Origin: Eledone cirrhosa
Taxonomy: Eukaryota
Assembly (NCBI GenBank): GCA_964016885.1
Contig: OZ024751.1
Location: 8,060,001 to 8,124,000, forward strand
Length of the DNA stretch: 64,000 nt
Reading direction: 5' to 3'
The translations under genes and the position numbers were made by a program. Below the pieces are notes generated by a model, which was not told where the DNA came from, did not search any database, and saw only the letters and a program-made list of their open reading frames with translations. Position 1 is the stretch's first letter. Every line of letters begins with the position of its first letter. Shown here piece by piece: positions 51,810 through 64,000 of the stretch.

Positions 51810-52170
51810 TATTTATTAGTAAGTGAGTTATTTTACAAAATGAAAATAAAACGAGGTGTCCTACACAAGTGAAAGTATAAGGCAAAAAGATGAAATCGAA
51901 AATGCAACTGGAGTCATTTAAAAAAAATATATATATTTATTTGGTTCCTTTACCGGTTCCGCAGTTCTTCTGCTTTTCAAAAGTAGAATTGAGATGGAGG
52001 GTTTGTGGTTTTTCTCACATCTGGTTGGTCTTTGAATGTTACTTTTGTTTTATATGGAAAAGAGTGGCTCGAAATGCTAGGTTTTTAGAGAAGTAATTTG
52101 GTTGGTTGGTGTATAAGTATCATACATTTGCAGCCAGTTCTCGTTACAAAGTTCTTATTATATTTGCCTT
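51810..52170 (-). mobile_element. Decayed Penelope-type 3' end, family E, with variant HHR at 51948-51983
   Basis: ctt-TTGAAAA-GCAG aagaa CTGC-GGA-ACCGGT-A/aag; homologous to 53085-53135. Confidence 0.55.
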
Positions 52171-52852
52171 CACTGGGGGGGAATTAAAAGGACGAAAAAA
52201 CGGTTCAGTCCTATACGTACATGCCAGACAACAACATGACGGCAACATAGACAACATAGAAATTGAAATAATATCTAAACATACAAATGACCCAGCAGGT
52301 TGGCAGATCAGAGAGGCAAGCGAAATAGAGCTTAGAAGGCCAAAGCTAAACAGAACAAATGAATGGCATAAAAACAACACCCAAACAAACAATACTCACT
52401 TAAGAGACATACAAATAAATATATAAATAAATAAGTATATACACAAGCACATAAAAAAAACACACTAGTAAACTAAGATAGAACACAATAACCAAAACAC
52501 TGTCACCCAAACGCGAACAGACACACACCAGACACTATACACACATGCAAACGCATGCACAGAGAAGAAGTCAAAAATAAATAAATAAATAAACAAATAA
52601 AATAAAAATGGCGTATAACATAATAGTACCACTGATGATGTTGCAGATGTGCAACGAAAGAAACTTGTTAGGCTATATATATGTGTTTATATCTGTATTT
52701 TTGACCGTTGGTCAATCAATGATAAACATTGAGAACCAAATCAATTAACTGTGGAGATATAAGGATACAGAAGCGAAAACCAACCAAACGGTGAGTGTGT
52801 TCTGTTATTATTTCTGGCAATAGTATTACAACAATATGATCCTCACCCAAGT
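52170..52852 (+). mobile_element. 3' part of Penelope-like family C (GIY-YIG tail + HHR terminal repeat)
   Basis: Reverse complement of 6604-7350; CTGATGA(52633)-t-GTTGCA gatg TGCAAC-GAAA. Confidence 0.88.
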
Positions 52853-52885
52853 ATAACAATATATATATATATATGTATATTTCTA

Positions 52886-53283
52886 TATATTTGTAAAGGG
52901 AAAAGAAAATGGTGACAAATTGTTCCCAGTGAAATATAGTTTAATTAGGAATAAGTAAAAATGAGTAATAATTATTGTTTAGTATTCAGTTTTGGTTTTA
53001 AGTTTTTACCGATTGCGCTTTTCTAATGCTTTTCAAAAATAATTTTCAGATAGAGCGCCCGTGAGCAAACATCACGGGCGCTCTATCTCAAAATTATTTT
53101 TGAAAAGCATTAGAAATGCGCAACCGGTAAAAACTTAAAACTAAAACTGAATACTAACCAATACTTATTACTGATTTTTATTTATTCCTAATTAAACTAT
53201 TTTTCACTGGGAACAATTTGTCACCATTTTCTTTTCATTTTACCAATATATCATAACTCGTGTGTTACACCTCTATTCTTTTA
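52886..53283 (+). mobile_element. Fold-back mini-element family E: ~180-bp-arm palindrome with 7-nt loop (53065-53071) plus short tail
   Basis: gatagagcgcccgtga-gcaaaca-tcacgggcgctctatc with long flanking arms; variant HHR at 53097-53132. Confidence 0.9.
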
Positions 53284-53478
53284 AATATATATATATATAT
53301 ATAGAAGCAGTAGAGATATTCAATGTGTTGCTAATTCAACAAAATATAAATGTGTTTAACTGATTCAGAGCACTCAACAGTTTTTCTGGAGTATAACATA
53401 CAATGATATTACATACATGGTAACTATAATTTATAAAACCATATTTATATATATATCTATATCTATATATAAGTGTTT

Positions 53479-53666
53479 ATATAGAAGACCTTCTACAGGA
53501 CTAGAACCGTTTAATTCGTGAGAAATCATCAAGGAACTCCCTGATGATTTCTCACGAAACAGTTCTAGTCCTGTAGAAGCACTTCTATATTAAAACTGTT
53601 ATACTCTGCTATGTATTGACTACCTTACTTACTGTGGTTACCGCCGATTCAACCCAGATTAACTTA
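53479..53666 (+). mobile_element. Fold-back HHR mini-element family A, diverged copy
   Basis: CTGATGA(53541) tttctcac GAAACAG ttctagtc CTGTA preceded by its own inverted copy; tail matches the reverse complement of 2700-2775. Confidence 0.85.
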
Positions 53667-53682
53667 AATATATATATATATA

Positions 53683-53766
53683 TTTGCTCTACGGTTCTTA
53701 TATATTTGATATATATTTATCCTTATCGAGCCCTCTTTGGATTTTAGTCTTCAAATTTATTATTAT

Positions 53767-53770
<4 letters not shown>
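53683..53770 (+). mobile_element. Tail-only copy of family D
   Basis: ttatccttatcgagccctctttggattttagtcttcaaatttattattattact. Confidence 0.8.
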
Positions 53771-53833
<63 letters not shown>

Positions 53834-53987
53834 TGTGTGTGTTTGTGTTATATTTTTATCATTGGTAGCAATCTCGCGTTGGTAGTGATGCTATCAAACG
53901 ATCTAAGCTTGAGTTCTATGGGGGTAGAGAACATATCCAGTCAGGAAGGAAAGGCTTATCACTGGACCAATTCCACTCACCGAGAAA

Positions 53988-54136
53988 CAATATTTATAAT
54001 CCCAAAAGAACAGATCAATATAATCAGTTACTCTTAAGTCATAGGTTTTACATCACAGAGATAAAATGTGATGTAAAACATATGACTTAAGAGTAACTGA
54101 TTATATTGATCTGTTCTTTTTGTATTATAAATATTG
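53988..54136. repeat. 70-bp-arm palindrome with 9-nt loop
   Basis: 53988-54057 is the near-perfect reverse complement of 54067-54136. Confidence 0.9.
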
Positions 54137-54139
54137 CTG

Positions 54140-55140
54140 GATTATACACATGCGGATTGCCACTTCTTGTCAGAAGAGTACCATTATGCGCATGCAGGTG
54201 ACTTTTCAGAGACGGGTTTGTTTTGCAGGCACGTTCACAGATGGTACACATGTACTGTATGCTCCTGGCAAAACCGACTGAGGTGTCTTTCGGCACTCTA
54301 ATATGTCTGCTCAGACCACTAGCAGACTTTGAAACGTAACCTGTAGTTTATGGGGCCAGGGCCATCTCACATGTGGCTCAATTCTTCGCTGGCCCATGAT
54401 ATTTCGTTGGTTGACAAATCCAGTTCTTGATGGGAGAATCGCCCCCCTACATTTCGCTTCAATTCGTGTTGTATTATTAAATACATTTTGTCTCACTTAC
54501 GGAATTACCTCTTCAAAACAGCATGCTCTGGTCGCTGATTCTCAGGGATATCACACCATACTTGATTATAATACTCCATGAGGTACCGCTATCGGTCAGT
54601 CTCTTCCAGTTCTCCATATCAATCGTCAGAGTGTTAAGATTGATTTTATGACATCCACAAATTATTTCTTTTTTTATAGCATGGCCTGTTTTCCTTTAGT
54701 CAGTTCCCCATGGAATAACTGTTTAAACAGCCTTCTATCTTCCATACTGACCGCATTACGAGCCCAAAGCATCTCGTTCATAATAATCGTATTCTCAACA
54801 CGTGCTGTCCACTTTCTTAAGTACAGCAGCATCAAGCTTGTAAGAGGTCTACATTATACGTCGGGTACAATGCTGATGAAATATTTCCTGCTGCCTGATG
54901 TTATGTATGTAAGCTGTCGAGGTTCCCCATCCAAGTACCAGGGCTGTAAGAAACCAGCACTGATACCCAGAGAGCTTTGGGTTTCCGTGATACACAGATT
55001 TGATCAGATTCAGTTCTCAAGCTTCGAGAAGGCAAACATCGCTTTCTCAATCCTGTGATATATTTCAGCATCGAGTTCATCTCTTCTAAGTGTACTTCCG
55101 AGTTACACAAAACTGTCCACTACCTCAAGATGTTTTCCTC
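54140..55140 (-). mobile_element. Decayed 3' part of an RTE-clade LINE
   Basis: EVVDSFV*LGSTL..DAEIYHRIEKA..AFSKL, ..GELTKGK.., terminal CTICERACKTNPSLKSHLHAH finger. Confidence 0.8.
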
Positions 55141-56757
55141 TCCAGAAAATGCCTACATACATACATAGTAACGTATATATTATTATATGTGCGTGTATGT
55201 GTACGCGTGTATCCATGCATGAATGCATGTATGTGTGTGTGTGTGTGAATATATGTATGCATGTATATAAATGTATGTATGCAACATGTCAATAATTGAT
55301 AGTGAGTACCTATTGGCAATTATCAGTTCTTTATCAAAGGTACAAATGTGTTAATGGCGAACCAGACAAAGAAGAAACGATTGAATTCGGTGTTACTAAA
55401 TTTATGAAATGTTATGTCGGCTTAAATCAGTCTGACGAGGACACGGTCCCACTGACGCCACATTTATTCCTGATTACAATAACAAACCTAGAGCATATAT
55501 ATAGCTATGTTGCAATGCTATTGTAATGAGGGTCGGAATAGACAAGACTTAAATGACTCCATAATTTACAGGACTGTAAAGTTATGTCGTGGACCTAGTT
55601 TTGTATTTGAATGTATATTATTTTCATAAACTAATCTATAGATTCTCTCTAGAAACATCTAATAACTGAAAGTCACTGAATGGTACATAATTCAATTCCG
55701 TTCACCTACTTAATAAACAACATATGATATTGATTCATAAAATTAAAGCAATTTTCTATTGAGTATATTAGAGAATGTTTACTTAATATACATATCTGTC
55801 CTAACACTTGTAAATTGACTTTCTTTTCATGGTAACCTACTACTTTTACCACACTAATTGTAATATTAGAACGTTTGCTCCGTAATGTCATTTAATGTAA
55901 TATAATTTCATAATTAGATTTGGAAATTCTGGTATAATTGATTTATGAAATGTAATACGCTCGCCTATGTCTCTCTGAGAAATGACAGGGGTTAATTACA
56001 TCAGTTTTAACGTACATTTTTGCAAGTCTTTAAACTTCCGTGATAAATATTGTCACAGTGATGGCCTCATACTGATTTAACTTTTCTATTTTCCCCGTTT
56101 TTGTTTTATTTTCTATAACTCGAGTCAAAATTTCACGAACTGTTTGAAGCATTTCCGAATTATCCGCTACGAATCCCGGAGCATATTGAACAAGGTTTCT
56201 ATATAAAACAACGTTTCATTCCAATTCTACTTCCCTCGTTCGTGATATTCGTTCATGGAGAGACAATTTAATAACCTCCGAGGTATATATTCAACTCATT
56301 TGCATTATATTGTCTCTTAAAATAGAGTTCAATCTTTAATATTATTTATGCTTTATTTTCTATATCAAGTGAATAATTAGAATGTAGTTCAAATCGAACA
56401 ATTGTCAGCTTTTTCGTGATTCAATCAATAGTGATATACACATGCATATAGTTGATTAATTTTCTACTTAAATTATATTATTTCAAAGCGTAACTCGTGG
56501 AATGAAACACGAGATTCGAAACTTCTGAAATAATGCTTTTACGACCTAAACAGTTTAGCTTATACAGAATTATCTCCCATTATCCGTTGCTTGCATTCAT
56601 CTAGGGTTGACAATTTTCCTCTGAACGGAAAAACCTTATCTACATAAGAATTGCTCATATGTATATAAGTCATTCGTGAATTTAATATATTTAAAAGAAT
56701 AACCTCTCTTCCTTTATCTGTTCACACAGACACACAGAGGCACATACATATTTATAT

Positions 56758-56877
<120 letters not shown>

Positions 56878-56926
56878 TATATATATATGGAAATATATAT
56901 ATAAATATATATATAGTGAGATGTGA

Positions 56927-56984
<58 letters not shown>

Positions 56985-56988
<4 letters not shown>

Positions 56989-57089
56989 TTCTACAGGACT
57001 AGAATCTCATCTATATTAAAACTTTTATACTCTGCTATGTATTGAGTACCTTACTTACTGTGGTTACCTCCGATTCAACCCGGAATAAC

Positions 57090-57090
<1 letters not shown>
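56985..57090 (+). mobile_element. Family A copy with the palindrome interior deleted
   Basis: gagattctacaggactagaatctc + tail almost identical to the reverse complement of 2700-2778. Confidence 0.88.
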
Positions 57091-57150
<60 letters not shown>

Positions 57151-57239
57151 TATACCAACATATATACACATATGTGTTCAAATCGCAAGAGCTATTTTAT
57201 TGTAAGAGACTATTTTGAGTTTCTAATTCAATATATACC

Positions 57240-57302
<63 letters not shown>

Positions 57303-57539
57303 TATATTGGAGTATATCCCGAGAGAGTGGAAGCGATTGAGAAACAATCTAATGGATAGGAACTGTAAAAATCATATTGGTAACATTTGTTATTCTTTTC
57401 AGAAAAGATATATTGAAAGAATATAAAGTAGATGGAACAATTTAGGATTTCGTAAAGTCAACTGACTAAAAGATAATGTATGGCGTAGTATGTACCATGC
57501 TTTCAGTTATGTGCTTATGTAGCTGCGAGGAAACCCTGT

Positions 57540-57725
57540 CGGTCTCATACTTATCTCTTCTGTTGACCCAGTGGAACATCCAGTATGTGCCAGATGGAAA
57601 GAGAGAGGGCTGCACTAGCATTACGCTAGTGGCGAGGAAAGGCAACGTGAACCTCGGAGGGGTTTGGACGCAGAACTCTTATGCAGGGAACAAATATTCA
57701 GCGCTCTTAGATCTCTGTCAAACTA
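57540..57725 (-). mobile_element. Old degenerate SINE-like remnant
   Basis: Reverse complement has ttctgcgtccaaacccctccgaggttcacgttgcctttcctc, similar to the SINE B-box/CORE block. Confidence 0.45.
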
Positions 57726-60092
57726 ACCGCCTAGATCTATAACTTTTTTGTAACTACTATATAATACGTCCATATATTTGCACGTACGCCGAATAGTAAA
57801 TGTTCAGTTTGATATCTCTGGCATACTTCTTATATTCTCGTTCGACTTTGAACTCAAGGAAAAAGAAGAATAATGAAAACGAAGACGAGATACGGGTCGA
57901 GCAATGTTTCTCTATTAAATGAAGCTAGCTATTCATTTAACAAGATATATTGGACTCCTGCTTGTGTCTAGACGAAACACATGGCGTTGTGTTTTCACTT
58001 CGCTGACCTGCATCAAATTTAACTATAAATCTCATCTGCTACTATATGTGGCAACAATTCTCAAAAGCCGCAGTTGTTTTGATTTATTCTAGATGCGCCT
58101 AATTTCAATTCAGATGTCAATAATAGATTTATCATCCGGTCATTAGTGATCAATAGTTCATGCCTTATAAAATTCAGGATTTTCACAAACATTTTCTTTT
58201 TCGCTTCTAAATCTCACCTTTTTTCCTATAATGATTAGTTACTATTGCTAGGATTTCATCTCAATATAATAAGTAAGAAGATAAATAACTGATTTGCTAT
58301 GTCTCTTTTGAACGAAGTACGTGTTTGGTATATTCCTCATATACAGTTGAGGAGAAAACCAATCAATTACTATGAAATGCCATCTGTAACAGAAACTTAT
58401 CAATAAAAGATTGATCCAACACATCAAGGTTAGCAAAATGTGTTAATAAAATACAGTATTAAATGGCGATATATCATTGTTTATTAGTTATACTCACAGC
58501 AATGTATACACGCGCACGAATCGTTATAATCGTTATAATCATCATTAGAGACTATCTGTCAATATCTGTGGTAATTGTCATTGTATAAAGTCACGTGACT
58601 CGCTCTCTTCCATAGATCACATCGGCATTTGTTCCGATTTCTTGATTTGAGAGTTCCAATCTTGTCCAAAATAAAACTACGCAGTAATATTTGTTGAAAA
58701 TCATTGCAGCATACATGTTTCTACTTATTGTATTGTTTCAGCGACGTATATCAACACAGACACTTTCTTGATCATTTGACAAAAGACGGACCATCATTTT
58801 CACACTGACGCACATGCAACAAAGTCTAGTATGGCACGTTTAAGATACTAGTGAAATATTTTCTAATTTTCTTTAAAAGTCAATAAAATTCACTAAAAAG
58901 ATTTTTGTTATATTTCACCAATTAAGATAACATATTTAAACGTAATGAGACTTATTCGTCTACGCCATGAAGTTCAACTCCCTCTTAAACCATTTATCTA
59001 AATGCATTGGCCTACTTAGGTTATTTCCCTTTGCATAATTATAGTTTGTAAACGTTCTCTGAACACGAGAAAGGAGATACATACTATGATATAATTCACA
59101 TTGATATAAGTTCAGTAATTGATTTAAACGTTCAATAATGAAATGTTAAAATACATAATTACTTTTGTTTATAATGTCAACAAAGATGATTATTGGAGAG
59201 AGAAAAGTAACAAGAAATGTCTTTACTGCAAAATTTCTTGTAGAAAATGTTTTTTTTTAAATGTAAATAAAGTTGTGATATCTTCATTTTATTCAGGCAA
59301 CATTTTGTGTGAGATCCTGGAAAATAGGAAGCAGGCATGTTTGTGTGTAAACATTTCTGGAGTTATGATAGCACGTAACTGTTATACACACACACCCACA
59401 CACACATATATATATATATGTGTGTGTGTGTATGTGTGTGTGTGTGTGTGTGCGCGTGCGTGCATTTGTGCATATATATATATCTGTGTGTGTGTAAGTG
59501 TACAGAGAGAGAGAGAGGGGTTGGAGAAAGGATGTACGGGAGAGATGAGAGAAAGAAAATCTGAGCACATACCACTTAGGCTAATCTGGCTAGAAATGTT
59601 TGATCTAAGCGTAGCATTGATTCTTTCACATATTACAGTAATAATGATCTGTTCGATTTTCTCGAGTTCACATCGGCATTTTCGTTGCTTTGAGATCACT
59701 AAATGTATAATTTGACTGTTGATCGACGTTATGTTCGTTGAACTAAAACGTTCCTGAATTGTTGGATTAAGCTAAGCATTGATGCGTTAGCCAGTTAGTA
59801 AGCATTATGTGGTCATGCCGTTTACAATCTGAGTTTGAAATCCTTGACGTTTTATATAATATATAATTAAAATGGATTTCTTTACAAATCATACGTTAAC
59901 TAATAAACAACGTATACAACATAACGTAACATTAGTAATATTGATCATTTTAGTCAAGAACAAATACATGCACTTACTACTTTCTATTTCTACCGCATTC
60001 TTGTATTCTAGAGATGAAATACAAGTGTACTTTCTATTTTCGTCATCAAATACACACACACGCACACACATACGGATACGCACGCACACACC

Positions 60093-60123
<31 letters not shown>

Positions 60124-60268
60124 TCATATATTTATATATATATAATATATATGTATATTTATATACATATATACACAGCGAGACACACACACATACACAC
60201 AAACGCACACACATACACACATATATATATACGTGTGCGATATGTATATATCACATATACATATATAT

Positions 60269-60321
<53 letters not shown>

Positions 60322-60844
60322 CTGTGTGTGTGTGTGTTTATTTATTTCCTGAGCATTTTGTGAACAATATATTGGTTTAATTTAAGAAATTCTGAAGATC
60401 AATGATAAAAGTAATGTTTTTTTCTGAAACACGAAACACATTTCAATGTTTCTCTTTCTAAAATAGAAGTCACACAGCTTTCAGTTATTTAATGTTATTT
60501 ATAAACGTCTGATTTAATTCCGGTTAAATAATAAAGCCAGGAGTTAAGTCATAGTAAGTTATTAAAAAGAGTTATACATTAAATGTTCACTGCTGAAAGG
60601 GAAACAATATTCAAACTTTGTATCAATAAACACAGACAGAAAACTTGATGTAACAAAAAATGATTTTATATCTACTACATTTGTTAGTTTGATTCGTGTT
60701 TTTTTAAATTCAAAACTAGTAAAAGATGTTGACATGTCTTTTAATGTTTTAGTCTAAAATAGAAATAAATGAAAGATAGCATTTCCATGTTTAGTAACAT
60801 AAATAATGACAGCACTTTTCATCATTATTGTTTAGCCCCAAGGG

Positions 60845-60940
60845 TGATGAATTGGCAGAGTTGGTTATGTGTCTAAACAAGTGAGTAGCAGTATGTGTAC
60901 TTGCTGTTTATATTCTGAGTTCAAATCCTGTCGAGTTTAT
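60845..60940 (+). mobile_element. SINE tRNA-like head remnant
   Basis: attggcagagttggtta...attctgagttcaaatcctgtcgag. Confidence 0.55.
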
Positions 60941-60964
60941 TCTACTGTTTCGTGCTAACAGCTC

Positions 60965-61706
60965 ATAGTAGATGACACACTTCCAGTTCCGGCGGACGTC
61001 CTGTACAGTGTTGCGAGGGTGGAGACCTGTCTTTACTTGCCACTGTGGCACATTCTCTTTGGCAACACATGATCACTTTCGTTTGACATTAATTGAGAAA
61101 CACCATATTTTATCACCAGTGAAAATAGAACATAGCCGATTGGCTGTGGAAGGAGAGCAGACATTCCCGAATAAGAACAGTCAAATTGTGGGGTACACGT
61201 TGCTCTAGATTGAAAACCTTTCCTATAGAATTTATTTGAGCATCGTTGTTTGTAATAACCTAAGTACTTCAAAGAATTGATGTGATGTTTGGCGTGGGTC
61301 GTTTTCAACAGCTTACACAGTTGCTCGTCATTGTAGTCGAATGGACGTCATGCGTGAGGTCGATCTTCAAGGCTGCAACCACCGAAACGGAAGCATGAGT
61401 ACCAGTCCCTGGCTCTGCGTTCATACATGGTGTGTGATCAAACTGCATTGGTAATGAAACAACGTGATGATACGATTAGGCCTGATATGAAATCAGGAAA
61501 TGAAAGGCCAGGTATAAATAATTGGCACGGATCTATGTTGCTTTTCCTATGGCGACGTAGCAGAACATGTGAAATATAAACTATAACTTTTCCATACCAA
61601 CTCACTTTCTATAAATATGTGCATGCGCAAACGTCAACCTTTGCATAACATACTACTATAATACCTGCCTTTCATTAAACGATGGGAACATTCTGTTTAA
61701 CCAATA
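60965..61706 (-). mobile_element. Decayed mariner DNA transposon (5' TIR and N-terminal to first catalytic Asp region)
   Basis: ERRARDWYSCFRFGGCSLEDRPHA*RP; NDPRQT; QRVPHNLT (WVPHEL); IFTGDKIWCFSINVKRK..KTGLHPR; TIR-like tattggttaaacagaatgttcc ending at TA. Confidence 0.8.
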
Positions 61707-61778
61707 TATATATATATATATATATGTAATAATAATAGTAATAATATATATATTTTAATAAATATATATATATATATA

Positions 61779-62068
61779 GTAATAATAATAAATTTGAAGA
61801 CTAAAATCCAAAGAGGGCTCGATAAGGATAAATATATATAAAATATATAAGAACCGCTTCAAATAATGACGTATTATGTTCGTTTTTTCCCGTTCTTTGC
61901 CAGGGAACGTTCCCACGAACCAAAGTATCGTCTTCCCGTCTTCCTCCCGTTGCAACGTTTTTTGAAATATTCACTTCTGCCTTCACATATTGATTTTGTT
62001 AGTTTCAGAAGATCCCGTTAAGGGTGAAAGCAGCGATTCTTTGCTTAAACTTTAATCTGTTATTTTAA

Positions 62069-62072
<4 letters not shown>
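61779..62072 (+). mobile_element. Family D element: inverted tail + unique segment + direct HHR
   Basis: 62001-62051: AGUUU-CAGAAGA-u-CCC guuaa GGG-u-GAA-AGCA..UGCU-U/AAACU (one core substitution, U4A). Confidence 0.8.
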
Positions 62073-62156
<84 letters not shown>

Positions 62157-62195
62157 CACACACACACATACACACACACATACACAGAAGCACAT

Positions 62196-62229
<34 letters not shown>

Positions 62230-62238
62230 GTGTGTGTG

Positions 62239-62288
<50 letters not shown>

Positions 62289-62388
62289 TTGAGAGAGATG
62301 GCAACGTAAATGGACCTGTTGTTTTTCTCTAAAAACATGTTCTAATTCCACCCCGCCTGTCCCTTTATTCTATCTAATTTATCATTCT

Positions 62389-62425
62389 TTCTTCTGATGA
62401 ATAACTACCGTCGGAAACGTTAAGA
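62389..62425 (+). ncRNA. Possible minimal HHR motif
   Basis: tctt-CTGATGA-ataactaccgtcg-GA-AACGTT-aaga; palindromic stem III, poor stem II. Confidence 0.35.
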
Positions 62426-63023
62426 CCAGTATACAATATATTGACATATGATAATATTATACATACAATATTCTCAGTATGAGAGGAGTAAGAGCGATAT
62501 TGCCAGAACTACCTTGGCGGCCTTGTGAAAACACCATAGAGGCGTCTTTCATATTCCCGGACACCTTCAGTAACGTTTATTCACTCGAATAAGAGACAGG
62601 TATACACATCCGCTTATACATATATATTGTCTATGAAATAACTGCTTGACAATCTGGTAGTAATTAGCTACGTAATTACATACATACATACATACATTAC
62701 ACATATATATATATATACCTATACATACGGTCGAGAGCTTATTCGATTTGTGGTATTTATGCAAATTTGTTGCATGGATTTACACATACTCAATTCATTT
62801 GCCAACATCTGGGGTTTTTCACCTGTGAGTTACACATTTGATTTTACAAAACACTGTGTCATCCACAACACTGGCGCAGAACAAAATACCTGTTGATAAC
62901 GTGATATTTCTCGTTCGATCATTATACCAAAAGTTTACTGTTTTAAGCAGACAGTATTATTGATTTAGGTGTCGCAGAAACACTGTACTGGATGATACTA
63001 TCAATTCCAAGGGTCCAGGTTTG

Positions 63024-63081
<58 letters not shown>

Positions 63082-63346
63082 GAAAAAGTCATTTATTTTG
63101 TCCCACCTGTTTAGCTTGACTTGTTTTTTGGCTTAGGCACTTAATGGCTTCTTGACCGCCTTCTCAGTTTGTATGGCTTTTATAACCTTTGTTTATTGCT
63201 CTGCTCTTTTTAGCCCACGGTGCGCTTGCCAGCATGACTCGGAATTTGCGTTACGATTCGCTTTTTCTACCCGCCAAAATGCGATTCTCACTGAATTTAT
63301 ATTTATATATAATTTCATATATATACGTATATACACACACACACAG

Positions 63347-63489
<143 letters not shown>

Positions 63490-64000
63490 TAAAACCTGCC
63501 TAAATAAAAAAAATAAAAATTTTACCAGTTGCCCACATGAATTCACACTTGCTTTCCAGCTCATATAAACTTAACTCACTTTCAGATACTTATCCTGCAT
63601 AAACTCTTATTGTTCACTTTCCTTAAATTATCCTCTTTACAGACTTCTCTTTCTGATTTACTTTCATTTTAAACTTTATTTTTAATTTTATTTTTATTAC
63701 TACTTCACATCCACCAGTAACCCCCCCTAATTTACGATTCACTTACCTAATATCTTCACATTCCACATTTCTCTTCCCCATTTTCTTTCACTACCTGATA
63801 TTACTATCACTTGGGTTTTCCACGCCAGATATATTCTGTTGTTTCGCAGCCGATTTTATACTTGTACTCATGCATTCATACGGTTGGTTTATAATCTGTA
63901 TCTATGTGTGCGTGCGTGCTTATGTGTGTATACGTTCTGTATATGTATACGAACGTCTCACTATGTGTGCGTGCGTACGTATTTATATGTGTGTGTATGT

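Noticed and set aside
55405-55460. CTGACGA-ggac acg gtcc as a hammerhead
   Set aside because: No GAAA/stem III after stem II, and the upstream GAAA cannot close a type II fold

Overview
AT-rich, microsatellite-dense animal genomic DNA. The tRNA/CORE-type SINEs resemble octopod cephalopod SINEs (inference from memory). There is no confidently identifiable host gene, only one candidate 45-nt micro-exon. Two kinds of microsatellite host different retroelements. (1) A ~22 kb nest (8.3-30.1 kb) of non-LTR elements, almost all separated by (AAT)n tracts: five R4/Dong-like RT + restriction-like-endonuclease copies of two families, all on +; two full-length Tx1/L1-clade copies, both on -, one with intact ORFs; and one orphan 5' segment. 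The two Tx1 copies have near-identical ORF2 but very different ORF1 and 5' UTR. Their identity begins exactly at a consensus splice donor overlapping the ORF1 stop codon, and splicing to either of two nearby CAGs would fuse ORF1 to ORF2 in frame. (2) Within (TA)n tracts lie decayed Penelope-like elements (Naiad-like RT/GIY-YIG and a second GIY-YIG family) and many short derivatives carrying type I hammerhead-ribozyme (HHR) motifs. Several of these are fold-back palindromes whose apex lies at or near the ribozyme core, one is a ~431-bp tandem HHR repeat (retrozyme-like), and one family has a U3-A8 variant core. Decayed RTE, CRE-like and mariner fragments are also present. All identities were estimated by eye; no searches or folding programs were run.
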